Of a stretch of DNA of 64,000 nt, positions 1-10,160 are shown piece by piece. Position numbers and translations under genes: made by a program. The stretch is from a phage. Position 1 is the first letter of the stretch. Each line of letters starts with the position of its first letter. A model generated the notes under the pieces. That model had not been told where the DNA came from. It ran no database searches and saw only the letters and a program-made list of their open reading frames with translations. The stretch is from the sequence record NC_102531.1; one strand, written 5' to 3'.

Positions 1-100
1 AACAATCGTGGAATCCCCATTCAAAAGGTATGGTGGCCTCTTCGTCAAACACTTTCCACAATCTTTCTTGCCAATCCACTAAACGAGGGTGTGTGCTCAT
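1..100 (-). CDS. hypothetical protein, N-terminal part only (gene continues beyond window start)
   Basis: Minus-strand ATG at 98-100 preceded by GGAGG, overlapping the stop of the 100..666 gene (TAATG); reading frame open to window edge. Confidence 0.3.
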   Translation of the reverse strand, partial: MSTHPRLVDWQERLWKVFDEEATIPFEWGFHDC

Positions 101-666
101 TAAACCTCCCAAATGATCGGGCGGCTCGCCACCTGATCCACATATTTAAAAAATCTGTCGTTATCGTTTCTTGAACTGTGGCTTTCCTCCGTGTATCGAT
201 AAGGAAAACCTCTTAACCAGCTGTTGAAGATAGAAGAGATGGATATGGACAAAGCGCTATTCTCCCCTGTCTGAATAGCCATATCTGTTATAAGGCCGTC
301 AAACAAGCCATTAGTTGTAACAGGCAGACCATTCTCCATAGCGGTAATGTACAGTGTGGCACGACAACCAGAATACTCTGTCTTCAGCAGATCACCCACA
401 TACTTAGGATCAAACCCGTTCAATGTTGCTACCACAGATCCGAAGTTGGTGGCATCTTTCTCAGACACAGCAGTCAATGTTGCTGATCCACCTATCCCTA
501 TAAAATGTTGCCCCTCAATTACCACAACACCAGTGCCTGAGCACACCCTGACAGTTCCTGTCGGTAGCTCCAGCTTTGCAGCAATTAAGATCTCAACACC
601 ATCAAGCTCCAGCTTTTCAAGAAATAAATTATCTAATGGCGCTCTGATCATCTTAGAAATCCTCAA
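100..666 (-). CDS. hypothetical protein in tail-fibre region
   Basis: 188 aa ORF in tightly packed minus-strand operon downstream of the long fibre gene; no motif recognised. Confidence 0.35.
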   Translation of the reverse strand: MRISKMIRAPLDNLFLEKLELDGVEILIAAKLELPTGTVRVCSGTGVVVIEGQHFIGIGGSATLTAVSEKDATNFGSVVATLNGFDPKYVGDLLKTEYSGCRATLYITAMENGLPVTTNGLFDGLITDMAIQTGENSALSISISSIFNSWLRGFPYRYTEESHSSRNDNDRFFKYVDQVASRPIIWEV

Positions 667-678
667 AGAAGTTGATAA

Positions 679-1242
679 CTATATTATCACCTTTTTGCAT
701 AGCATCGACTTTTTGCTTAATTTTATAAATATCTCTGATATGAAACCTACCCTTTGGGGATTGGTTATTATCTTCATAGTATCCCCTGCGGCAATAGGTT
801 TTCTAAGTCTTGGAGATATGCTTATAACAGCAGACCCAACACCATCGCTGCGCACTGGAGCTGTTACCACTTTCAATTCATCATTGACAGATATTTTATC
901 TCCAGCTCTGGCTATGTCTCTGTTCGGCTCCCACCCGACCGTCTTCAAAAAATCGTCGTTACCAGTAGGCCCAAGGGCGATTGGCTCATTAGCTGTTACC
1001 GAGTGACCATAAGTTTTAATAAGAAAGATGTTTCCATCTTTATACACCTGATCAACAAAGCTCTTAAGCTCTAGCAACTGTGACTCGCTGATATTGGAGA
1101 CCGTCAAAGTGCCTTTCCAGTTAGGTGTGGCATAGGTTACTTTTTGCGTTTTACCTGTAAACGGACTTTTAAACGTAACAATATCTGCCAGCAGCTCCAA
1201 TCTAATATCTGGAAGGTATCTAGGCCTTTCCCATAAAAACAT
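679..1242 (-). CDS. hypothetical protein in tail-fibre region
   Basis: 187 aa ORF, same operon; no motif recognised. Confidence 0.35.
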   Translation of the reverse strand: MFLWERPRYLPDIRLELLADIVTFKSPFTGKTQKVTYATPNWKGTLTVSNISESQLLELKSFVDQVYKDGNIFLIKTYGHSVTANEPIALGPTGNDDFLKTVGWEPNRDIARAGDKISVNDELKVVTAPVRSDGVGSAVISISPRLRKPIAAGDTMKIITNPQRVGFISEIFIKLSKKSMLCKKVII

Positions 1243-1304
1243 TGTGCCTCCAGGTTAAACAATCATGATAGCTATTTTACCAGATTTTGAGTTAATACGC
1301 AATA

Positions 1305-1334
1305 CAAACAAAAAGCCCCCGCCGAAGCGAGGGC
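1305..1334 (-). terminator. rho-independent terminator (minus strand)
   Basis: GC-rich hairpin (minus strand GCCCTCGC-TTCG-GCGGGGGC) followed by TTTTTGTTTG, immediately after stop of 1341..1673 gene. Confidence 0.55.
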
Positions 1335-1340
1335 AATACT

Positions 1341-1673
1341 TTAAAGTGCTTCCAAGGTAGATACTGATTGGTCGAACATGTTCAACCTTATCGGATCTAC
1401 AACTTTTCCGCTTTTCGAGACGATGTTTTCTGCATTCTCGTCCAAGGCCAGAACGTTGACATAAAACAATTTACTTTTCTCGCAAACTGGATAGACAACC
1501 ATGTTGCCAAACTCATCCTCGGCCTCATAAGTGTCTTCAGTTTCTGTGTAAATGAACCCGACAACCTCTACAAGAAGGGTGTTTTGCAACACCTCATTCT
1601 CGTAAAAGCCAATTTCGTCCATGAAACCGTTAAAATCCTCCCTGTCAGTAAACCCAAGGGTAAAAGTATTCAT
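1341..1673 (-). CDS. hypothetical protein
   Basis: 110 aa ORF; start codon overlaps stop of the 1481 aa fibre gene. Confidence 0.35.
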   Translation of the reverse strand: MNTFTLGFTDREDFNGFMDEIGFYENEVLQNTLLVEVVGFIYTETEDTYEAEDEFGNMVVYPVCEKSKLFYVNVLALDENAENIVSKSGKVVDPIRLNMFDQSVSTLEAL

Positions 1674-4600
1674 TATTCAACACTCTCCATCATAAGCTGG
1701 GTATCTGTCAGTGCAGAGTTCCAAACTCTTATGTCCTTAATATGACCAAATAAGTGTCTTTCACCTGTCGCCGTTTGCCCACCAATGCGGATGAAAGCGC
1801 CTCCTGCTAGGAATTCCCAAGAAGACTGCGTTTCCGTGCTCACCAGTCCGTTAGCAAAAGAGCAGGTTTTACCGTCACCTTTTATCCTGAACCCGATTTT
1901 CAATTTACGGGCTTTAGCCATTTCGTAAACACGTCTGTTTGACCCTCCAATATCACAGTATGGATAGCCATCATCCGCAATATTTGTTGCAGAGCCAAAC
2001 CCCATGATAAATGCAGCACCAGATTGATGACCCTCTGTATCGATAACCCTAGGAGCTGCGTTAGGAGCTTTACCCCAACCTCTCCAGTTGGCATCCACCG
2101 TAGCAGCGATAGTGAATGGTCTAGGCGCTAAGTTATCCGTCATTGGGAATTTACAAAGATCTGCCGCCCTGGTTACAGATGAAGACCCTGTAGGGATAAA
2201 CGAGGACTCACAGGACCCTAACTCAAATTGAGGTATTGCAACATCAACCCAATCTCCTACGGCATGTTGAGCACCTTCTGGTGGAGCAATTTGGAACTGG
2301 CACCCGATCTTATTGTCAGAGGCCACTGCTTCAAACGTAGCAGCAATCCTTATCCAAGCAGGACCTGCTGTTTGCCATCTCTCAGCTTTTACTTTAATTC
2401 TCCCAGCTGCATCCCCTGTTGTTTTAACTTCAAGTGTTGACAGGTTAACATAAGCGTCACCTTGGAACACCGTGGTGGATCCATTGTACATGTCGAATCT
2501 TACACGCAGTCTCTGGTGGGCTTTACCACCTCTTGCAATAATAGACCCAGTACAGAATTTCTCAGCACCTGTCACATCGGCACCCCTAGTGGCTGGAACA
2601 GTGGCAAGGTTTAACGCTGTTGTTTCTACACCGGATGTGGTGTTTACTGTAAATCTTGCGCCTTTTGTGCCGTTAGTATTTGTTACAGTGCTACCGACAG
2701 TAATCGCTTGCTGTGCACCCCACTTGCTTGGGTCCTCACTGTTGAGCATGAGGTTTGTCCTTTGCCCCTCGATAAGCAACCCATCTCTTTCAAAACGTGG
2801 TTGGTTTGCTTGTGCAACAGCCATAACACCCCGCTTAGTGAAATAGGTTGCTGTGGAAGGTCTGGAGAAGACCATCTCACCTTCACCCAATGCAGGTTTT
2901 AGGTTAGAGGTTAAAGGCAACCACAAGTCAGGCATAACTGGAGCAGTTGTGTTTTCTGGGAAGCTTGTTCTCTTCCAAGGACTCCAAGCCATTCCGCTGC
3001 CAAGGTTATTGTAATACCTTTCCCATGTTCCACCAAGATACATTTTATATATCTGGATACAACCTGTTCCTTCATTAGCGGAGTTTCTAAGAACGATCAG
3101 CGTACCAGCCATCTGCTGTCCTGGTGGGTAATTTCTTTCCGCTGTGGCGTTGGCATTTGCCTCTTGATGGTAAATCCCTTCACGATCTGCCTTGTAGTCG
3201 TTAAGGTCATTAGTTCCCAACCCTTGACCACGGTGCTGAATAACTTTGTTCCACGCTCTGTGGTCTCCCTGCTCTATGGAACGAGTATACAGCTGGTCTA
3301 AACGACCTGCCATCTGGAAAGCGTAGTTTCCAGAAAATGCCACAGACAACCCGCCAACAACCATTGAACCTTCAGGTCCGTTGACGTTGCCAGCCAGTAT
3401 TTTGGATGGGTTGTTAGGCCCAAACTGGTTGTTCCAGTCTGCACCAGTATGACATACAAAACCACCCGGTGCTGAGAAAGTGCCATCTTTGTTGAAGTTG
3501 TAGAATCTATGAGCTGTGCCTACAACATCGCGAACGATAACTTGACCAGCTTCCGGAGTAGATCTGAACTCTGCCTGGCCTTGCAGTCTTGCACCATTAC
3601 CACATTTAGAGGTAAAGGTGTTGTTGATCAGATCCTCTGTTCCTTCCGATGCAGCTTGGAACCCTGCGTTAGAGAACAGTGCTTTTCTAGTGGTCTGACT
3701 ACCAGGACAAATGTAGTCAATACCGTCTGCCCAAAGCTCGACTTTGGGCATGTTCATTTTGCTCATCACTGCATAGCGTTCAGGAGTCCCCAGGTAGTGC
3801 CACATAGTTCCACCACCAGTGTAGAAACCTGATGTTCCTTTGAACTCAACCAGAGGTCTGGTGTTTGTTACATCATCACCTTTGATTGCAAGACTCAAAT
3901 CTGCAGATTCCAGAGGAGCACAGAACTTGACACCATCTTGGTTACCTGTCACGTTGCCTACCTGCCAATCAGCCTCCCTGGTTGACACTTCTATTACAGT
4001 AGCGCCAGCATATACTGTAACAGGGAATGCACGTGCCTCTACATAGAATGCAACATACTCCTGCTTACCTCTGGTTGGAGATACACATCCGAGGATTGCT
4101 TGCTCGTTTTGGTAGAAATTAATAACCCCTTGGAAAGAATCACCTCTGTCTGTCCAGCCACCAGTTCTGTAGTGACACTGTAGTGTAGCACAGTTCATTG
4201 GGTCGCCGCCAGAAGAAGATCTGGTGACAATGGTTAAATCTGTCCCGATAGTTGCTGCAAAGTTGGGGTCAGTTCTGACGATAATAGGATAATACTTACC
4301 GTCCTGCATAGCTGCAGTTCTAGGCAGGTTTACATATGGTCTAGCACCTGCTGCCAGAGGGATTCTGAATTGTGCTTGAGCATCCCCTACAGTCCTGGCA
4401 CTGGTACCACCACAAGCTATCGGTAGTGGTTCCCATTTGGCTTTCCGGTTGTTATAAACACCCCACTCAAGCGTTCCTTCACCTTGCTCGTCCATACCGC
4501 CATCCCAGATGACCATCTTGGCGGCTTTCTTGGACCCCCAGAAACCTCTTTCTGCCCCTGAACTACGGATCCACTCTCCAAGTCCCCAGTTTGTCAGCTG

Positions 4601-6118
4601 ACCAGTAAGATCCCCAACTTGCATATATTTAGGGCAGTCTAATACACCGTCTTCGCGGAAACCTAAATATCTATGAGTTTCAGATCCTTTTGCACCTTTG
4701 TGGAGGTGGATTGTCAACCAAGCCTTATTGTCGTTTCTTACCTCAGAGTAGATCCTATATCCATGCTCAAGGACACCGTCAGCGCTGTATTTGTCCCCGT
4801 TAACAATACCGGATGCTGACTTAACATCAGCAGAACTTTGAGACAGGTAAAGGTGCCCGAAGGTAGGAGAATTTCTAGACCCGAGACCGATGTGCGATCT
4901 AAAGGTATCATCGTTACGAGGTCTAACCATCGGCTGCCATGCAGTCCACTGATTTGTGTTGGCCTGATAGGTTCTCAAATACCAAACATCTACGTTAGAG
5001 AATGGGTAGTATTCCTGACGACAACCTGTACCGCCGTTAGCATTGTTCTGCCAAACAATCAAGTGACCAGCACCAGAACCTGCAGGGTAACCATTTGCCT
5101 CAGTTGCATAAGCAGTCATCGGCTGGTAGTATACACCATCCTGATTACCAGTCAAGTTATTGATATTGAAATTTGGCTCAAGGGCTGCACGTTGCTTATA
5201 GAAAGCACCGATATTGATACGGACTCCAGCGGCATCTCTAGCCCCTGTGCCGCCTTGCTCTATAGCAAGAGGTTGCCACGAAGCTGTTTGTTGGTTCCAC
5301 ATACCCCAACGGCCTGTTGCATCAAGCTGCAAGTACCCTGCCGTATTTAAATCATCTCCAGCACGGATAACTGTTCTTGTTGGGTTGTTTGCCTCTAGGC
5401 GTTTAAATTCATCACGAAGTGCTATTCTTTTCGTTGTTGCTACACCGTTGGTTACTGCAATGGTGTACATGGCTCCGGTGGTAGCGCCACGGAAAATACC
5501 ATCAACAGTTGTAGTATCACGGCGAGATACCACACCGTTCAGAAATTTTTCACCAGCTGCTACAGAAGGGTAGTTGGTGGTTCTTCCCTCTTCAATAACT
5601 GCAGGGCCAACAAAGTTATCAAGGTGAATAACATCGCCTACGGTGTGCACTGTACCAAAATCTACACGCTGTGCAAGTGCTTTAGCATCGTTAGCTGTCT
5701 GAACAGTAACATCCATTACATCCTGGACAGACTGCCCTTCGGCTGTCATGATCATAGATGCGCCAATGGTAGATTCCAGCTCCTCCCTTAGGGACGGGTC
5801 AGTATATACCATCCATGCAGCGTCAGTAATCCCACCATCAGCGTACGGTGAAGACAGTGCAGGAACAGTGTGCGGAAATTCGCCTTTCCAACGCAGGTAG
5901 AGGTCTTCCTCTTCGAAGTAGGCAAAATCCATTGGGCCGTTTAACTTACCACCTTCCTTAAAGGAGATTACATGAGAAACAGTCCCATCCACATGGACAA
6001 CATCGCCAATTTTTACACGACGGGTCAGGTCTGGTTGCTGAACAACCAGGTAATCATCCTCTGTCACTGCGGTAGTGGCAGGAAGAGATTCAATTCTGAC
6101 AACTTTAATATCAGCCAT
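1673..6118 (-). CDS. long tail fibre / receptor-binding protein with C-terminal LamG (concanavalin-like lectin) type domain
   Basis: 1481 aa; N-terminal ~45 aa motif shared with the 8754..9422 protein (LVVQQPDLTRRVKIGDVV vs LVVNQTDGTRKAKIDDVV); C-terminus ends ...IKDIRVWNSALTDTQL, typical of LamG domains; Gly/Thr/Asn-rich middle. Confidence 0.55.
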   Translation of the reverse strand: MADIKVVRIESLPATTAVTEDDYLVVQQPDLTRRVKIGDVVHVDGTVSHVISFKEGGKLNGPMDFAYFEEEDLYLRWKGEFPHTVPALSSPYADGGITDAAWMVYTDPSLREELESTIGASMIMTAEGQSVQDVMDVTVQTANDAKALAQRVDFGTVHTVGDVIHLDNFVGPAVIEEGRTTNYPSVAAGEKFLNGVVSRRDTTTVDGIFRGATTGAMYTIAVTNGVATTKRIALRDEFKRLEANNPTRTVIRAGDDLNTAGYLQLDATGRWGMWNQQTASWQPLAIEQGGTGARDAAGVRINIGAFYKQRAALEPNFNINNLTGNQDGVYYQPMTAYATEANGYPAGSGAGHLIVWQNNANGGTGCRQEYYPFSNVDVWYLRTYQANTNQWTAWQPMVRPRNDDTFRSHIGLGSRNSPTFGHLYLSQSSADVKSASGIVNGDKYSADGVLEHGYRIYSEVRNDNKAWLTIHLHKGAKGSETHRYLGFREDGVLDCPKYMQVGDLTGQLTNWGLGEWIRSSGAERGFWGSKKAAKMVIWDGGMDEQGEGTLEWGVYNNRKAKWEPLPIACGGTSARTVGDAQAQFRIPLAAGARPYVNLPRTAAMQDGKYYPIIVRTDPNFAATIGTDLTIVTRSSSGGDPMNCATLQCHYRTGGWTDRGDSFQGVINFYQNEQAILGCVSPTRGKQEYVAFYVEARAFPVTVYAGATVIEVSTREADWQVGNVTGNQDGVKFCAPLESADLSLAIKGDDVTNTRPLVEFKGTSGFYTGGGTMWHYLGTPERYAVMSKMNMPKVELWADGIDYICPGSQTTRKALFSNAGFQAASEGTEDLINNTFTSKCGNGARLQGQAEFRSTPEAGQVIVRDVVGTAHRFYNFNKDGTFSAPGGFVCHTGADWNNQFGPNNPSKILAGNVNGPEGSMVVGGLSVAFSGNYAFQMAGRLDQLYTRSIEQGDHRAWNKVIQHRGQGLGTNDLNDYKADREGIYHQEANANATAERNYPPGQQMAGTLIVLRNSANEGTGCIQIYKMYLGGTWERYYNNLGSGMAWSPWKRTSFPENTTAPVMPDLWLPLTSNLKPALGEGEMVFSRPSTATYFTKRGVMAVAQANQPRFERDGLLIEGQRTNLMLNSEDPSKWGAQQAITVGSTVTNTNGTKGARFTVNTTSGVETTALNLATVPATRGADVTGAEKFCTGSIIARGGKAHQRLRVRFDMYNGSTTVFQGDAYVNLSTLEVKTTGDAAGRIKVKAERWQTAGPAWIRIAATFEAVASDNKIGCQFQIAPPEGAQHAVGDWVDVAIPQFELGSCESSFIPTGSSSVTRAADLCKFPMTDNLAPRPFTIAATVDANWRGWGKAPNAAPRVIDTEGHQSGAAFIMGFGSATNIADDGYPYCDIGGSNRRVYEMAKARKLKIGFRIKGDGKTCSFANGLVSTETQSSWEFLAGGAFIRIGGQTATGERHLFGHIKDIRVWNSALTDTQLMMESVE

Positions 6119-6154
6119 TCTTTCTCCTGAAAGGGGGCAAACAGCCCCCCTATG

Positions 6155-8752
6155 TTAAAGGTACAATCCACGGTATTGAGCATAAAGGCCCAGACCGCGA
6201 AGGATTTCGCCAGAGTGATAGCCAACCGGATCAGAAACTGCCCAGCAGCCGTTTAAAATATTATCCCCATTAATGAAGTGGTGCTTTTGCAGTAGCTTCA
6301 CACAGGCTTCTACAACAATATCTATTTGAGGTATTGTCTCTGAATACCCGCACAGACCTAGCCAGCAGCAACCTGCAAGCCATTCACCTACCACCCACAT
6401 CCTGTCCCCTCTGTCTTGATAAGAGTATCCCCCAGAGGTGTTAAAGTCTGTAGGCAGATTTCCTGAATGAGATGACTGGAATCTGTTGAGGAACCATGCC
6501 CATTTCTGGCAGAACAGGAATAGTCTTTCATCAACAGGTTCTTTATGTTTCTTGAGCTCATATATTGTGCGGCACGCAGCAACAAAAGATCTTGACTGTA
6601 GTTTAGAGTTATCTACCATCTCCCACCAACCAGTCAACCCTTCATTGCCTCTCTGCCATACATAACGCGAGGCAACTGGACCTTCTGTCTTAAATGTATT
6701 GTTATACCAGACTTGAGCGTCATACAGAAAGCCTATTGTATTTGACAATCTATGGCGATCTATGTTTTCTGCACCCATGCAGTAGACTGCTGGGTATTGC
6801 ATGCCAGGGTAGGGCCAATTTGGCCTTTCCTCCAAGAGATAGTTTTCCTTATCTATCACCTTTCCGGCAGGGAACACACCGGGTGTGTGCCTGTATGCAC
6901 CTTGCTTGTAGTTTCTGACATAGCAATCGCCAACCTTAGCGGTTGATTCTGTCTTGCTTGCCATCCATACGCTAAACCAGATTAGATAAGCATCCCTATC
7001 TGCAATATAAAATTGCGGCAGTGTGTTGACGCAATACAGATCAAACAAGCCATTACCTATCTGCCTGTCGCTTAGGCTGAAATCTACAGAGGTGAGCCCC
7101 TTAGGATTAGCAAAGAAAGGTTTAATCTCTTCTTCGGCGTGATGAGGCTGTGTCGGATCTAGTTTGAAATCTCCTAGAGTAAGAGTTTCTGTTATCCATT
7201 GTCCATTAGTGGCATATAGATCAGCATACCATAACCACCTGTCTTTGTCAAGAAATTTGACCCTTACCATCTCATCATCTGATCGATAAGTTACTGAGTT
7301 TAAAGAAATCTCTCTTCCAAAATTGAAAGTTACTTTACCTCTTGCTATATTACAACGGGTGAAGTTGTCAGAGTGGTTGTAAATGTCGGTATCATACTGC
7401 ATACTAACACTAGCACCACCGCTTACGGCAATGTTTTCCTCTTTAGGTAAGAGATACGGATTACCGTCTTTACCAACTACCTCTACGAAATCAGTAACCT
7501 TGGCAACTATTTCTGTTACCTCTGCACCTCCAAAAGGGACACCTATCCTGTACTGTTTTTTGTTATTGTTGCCATCATTAAGGATGAAATGCGGCTGGAA
7601 CAGAACACCTTCTCCTCCGAAATTCATAACAATTTCAGCATCTCTGCCTATTTTGTATGTAGTCCCTTTTTGAATTATTTCGCAAGGCTGGCGTGCGTTC
7701 ATTCTAAAATTGATATACCCGTCACTGTCCCTGCTCATGACAGGAACTGTTCCTGCAACAAGACAAGTACCATCTGTGAACGGTGCCTTAATCAACGTGG
7801 TCTTTCTAAACAGTTTGTCGTAGGCGTTTATATCACTGAAATTAAGCAACTTGTTGTAAGACTGTTCAAACGCGGTGTAATACTTTTCCTCACCTGTCAA
7901 GGTGTAGAGTTGATAACAAGCGTCACACCACATCTCTTCCCCGTCCAACTCCGGGGCTTGATTATCTGCAATCACGTTTATAGGATTTACAATTACAGGG
8001 GATCCTGCAGGTATCACCGATCCACCCTGCTCTTGAGGTAATCTTACACAATAGGTCACCTTGTGGCTGCCTGTAACACCCTTATCTTGTAATTGGATTG
8101 TGCCGAACTCTACAGACGTATGACCACTGTCGGCTATGCTACCGTTAGCCCAATAGCGGTTACCATCCCATGCTATGTACCACTCAACCCACCAACTTAA
8201 TCCGGATGTTGTCCAATCTGGGTTAGCATCTGTGCCACCGTAAACATCAGAGTCTACAGTGTTTCTTCCTAACACACCGTTATACGCTTGGAATGCCTTG
8301 TCCAGATATTCCCCCCATGTCGGAGATCCGGCTGGGATTTTTCCTCTACCGTTGGTAAAAGACACCACCACATCTTTAAACCCACCGTGTGATGGAACCC
8401 CATCTGTGGATAGAGGGTAGTGGGACAATCTTTGCATTTTACTTTCTACGGCATATGCACCCAGAAGATGACTATTGTAAGCTTCCCAAGCATCTTTTGC
8501 CCTATCCAGATAGAAATCGCTTTTCGATGCCCTATATGCTTCAATGTATCCCAGAATCAACACAGCTTGGGACTCATGCATTGCCCAATCATTATTTATC
8601 TTATTACCTGCCCACCCTGCAGCTATAAGACCATCAGGGTTTACTAGCTTATTTTGTGTAGGGGTGTTGGTAATACCTGTGTTGTTATCGAGGCACTTCC
8701 TGTGCCCCTCAATCATCTGAAATACGTTATCAATGTTGTGTTGAATACGCAT
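6155..8752 (-). CDS. tail fibre/tailspike-associated protein, possible glycan-degrading domain
   Basis: 865 aa ORF between two fibre genes, Trp/Tyr/Asp-rich composition; function inferred from context only. Confidence 0.35.
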   Translation of the reverse strand: MRIQHNIDNVFQMIEGHRKCLDNNTGITNTPTQNKLVNPDGLIAAGWAGNKINNDWAMHESQAVLILGYIEAYRASKSDFYLDRAKDAWEAYNSHLLGAYAVESKMQRLSHYPLSTDGVPSHGGFKDVVVSFTNGRGKIPAGSPTWGEYLDKAFQAYNGVLGRNTVDSDVYGGTDANPDWTTSGLSWWVEWYIAWDGNRYWANGSIADSGHTSVEFGTIQLQDKGVTGSHKVTYCVRLPQEQGGSVIPAGSPVIVNPINVIADNQAPELDGEEMWCDACYQLYTLTGEEKYYTAFEQSYNKLLNFSDINAYDKLFRKTTLIKAPFTDGTCLVAGTVPVMSRDSDGYINFRMNARQPCEIIQKGTTYKIGRDAEIVMNFGGEGVLFQPHFILNDGNNNKKQYRIGVPFGGAEVTEIVAKVTDFVEVVGKDGNPYLLPKEENIAVSGGASVSMQYDTDIYNHSDNFTRCNIARGKVTFNFGREISLNSVTYRSDDEMVRVKFLDKDRWLWYADLYATNGQWITETLTLGDFKLDPTQPHHAEEEIKPFFANPKGLTSVDFSLSDRQIGNGLFDLYCVNTLPQFYIADRDAYLIWFSVWMASKTESTAKVGDCYVRNYKQGAYRHTPGVFPAGKVIDKENYLLEERPNWPYPGMQYPAVYCMGAENIDRHRLSNTIGFLYDAQVWYNNTFKTEGPVASRYVWQRGNEGLTGWWEMVDNSKLQSRSFVAACRTIYELKKHKEPVDERLFLFCQKWAWFLNRFQSSHSGNLPTDFNTSGGYSYQDRGDRMWVVGEWLAGCCWLGLCGYSETIPQIDIVVEACVKLLQKHHFINGDNILNGCWAVSDPVGYHSGEILRGLGLYAQYRGLYL

Positions 8753-8753
8753 C

Positions 8754-9422
8754 TTAGATAGCTCCTGCGATAATCAGTGCCCCGTACCAAGTTAACCCGT
8801 TGTCGTAGGTTTCCAACTTGAAAATGTCTGTTGCACCAGCTGTAAATGTTAGGATAGGATCTCTTCCGTAGGACCATTTAACATTACCAGGCCAATAGAC
8901 TTTGTTGCCGCCAGAGGTCTGAGTAATGCATACGGTTATAGTTCTCGCCACCCCTTCAAGACCTTCTGTTTGATTTTCAAAAGAGATTGTGGTATTTGAA
9001 GTTAGTCGAACCTTAAAGGTATCCGCAACTTCAAGATCCATATCAAGCTGACCACCGATAGATCCGTAATCAACTATTCTGCCAGAAGAAGTTGCAGCAA
9101 GCTCACCAAAAACAGACCAGGCATTTGCAGACACACCCCCAGCACCCTCTACAGTGGAGTCTGGGAGGATTATTTTAGGATAATCCCCGTTCCACGTGTA
9201 GTAGCGCTTAGTTTCTGGATCATAAGCAAAGTCCTTCTTGCTCTTAAGATAACCACCCTCTGTGAAATAGACTATTTTAGTAATGCTGAGATCGTTGACA
9301 ACATCATCAATCTTAGCCTTTCTTGTCCCATCAGTCTGGTTGACAACCAAGAAGTCATCACTCAGGACTGTTTCTGCATCTTCAAGATCTGGAATTGGTA
9401 TTGTAGGATAAGCTACAGCCAT
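8754..9422 (-). CDS. tail fibre protein / fibre adaptor (shares N-terminal attachment motif with the 1481 aa fibre)
   Basis: 222 aa; N-terminal homology to 1673..6118 product. Confidence 0.45.
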   Translation of the reverse strand: MAVAYPTIPIPDLEDAETVLSDDFLVVNQTDGTRKAKIDDVVNDLSITKIVYFTEGGYLKSKKDFAYDPETKRYYTWNGDYPKIILPDSTVEGAGGVSANAWSVFGELAATSSGRIVDYGSIGGQLDMDLEVADTFKVRLTSNTTISFENQTEGLEGVARTITVCITQTSGGNKVYWPGNVKWSYGRDPILTFTAGATDIFKLETYDNGLTWYGALIIAGAI

Positions 9423-9431
9423 GATTTCTCC

Positions 9432-10148
9432 TTAGTTAACATCAATAGCACGACCAGACTGGTTGGCAATAGCCTCATCATTGGAGGTAGCAATAACACC
9501 AGAGTATTCGCGCTCATCTGGAGCAAGCGTCCAGGTATTGCGGTTAATGGTTTGTTCTGCCTCAGTCATCAGCAGATCTTTATCCTGAGTCAACAGAGAG
9601 CCTACAGGGATCGGGTTTTCCATCTCAGGACCAGCATACTGGTTCCACCATGTGGCATCTCCGGTTCTAGGCAATCTGAAGTTGATCAGGTAGTACAGTT
9701 TATTAGCCCACTTAATCCAACCTTCATCATCACAGAGAGAGGTTGTCCCAGAATCAGGCTGTGGGTAGGTAAACTGATCAAGACCTACAAAAGCCAGCCT
9801 TACAATCTCGTTCTCTTTGGTAACAACCTCAAAGAACGCTTGGTATGTTCTCGATCTTCGATCCATGGTAGACTGGAAGTTTACGATGTTTAGTACATCC
9901 GGCTCTTGTCTTGCCACTTCCATAATCTTGTTATCAAGAACAGTCTTCATGACCTTCTTACTGAGAAAGTCCATATAAGGGAAGCCAAACAACTCGTCAA
10001 AGTACCAGCTCCCCTTCCACGTATTAAACCTCATCCACAAGCGCTGGCGTAGACTTACCTGGTTTGAATCTATCAACTCAAGACCTTTGTCTATCGCCAA
10101 ATCGCCTGTCTGTGGGTCCATCAATATATCACTATAAAGCGTAGCCAT
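9432..10148 (-). CDS. baseplate/tail protein (hypothetical)
   Basis: 238 aa ORF in baseplate-position gene block. Confidence 0.3.
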   Translation of the reverse strand: MATLYSDILMDPQTGDLAIDKGLELIDSNQVSLRQRLWMRFNTWKGSWYFDELFGFPYMDFLSKKVMKTVLDNKIMEVARQEPDVLNIVNFQSTMDRRSRTYQAFFEVVTKENEIVRLAFVGLDQFTYPQPDSGTTSLCDDEGWIKWANKLYYLINFRLPRTGDATWWNQYAGPEMENPIPVGSLLTQDKDLLMTEAEQTINRNTWTLAPDEREYSGVIATSNDEAIANQSGRAIDVN

Positions 10149-10160
10149 GAAAGCCCTCTA

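Noticed and set aside
1900-5573. Numerous 60-170 aa ORFs on both strands inside the 1481 aa fibre gene (for example 1900..2094, 2472..2846, 4838..5350, 5214..5573)
   Set aside because: All are nested within or antisense to a long, clearly coding gene; no RBS or independent support.
1673-6118. Diversity-generating retroelement targeting the fibre C-terminal lectin-like domain
   Set aside because: No reverse transcriptase ORF (no YxDD-type motif in any translation) and no template/variable repeat pair found near the fibre genes.
6388-8647. Short ORFs nested within the 865 aa gene (6388..6585, 6694..6946, 7383..8041, 8389..8647)
   Set aside because: Same reasoning: overlap a long coding ORF and lack start context.
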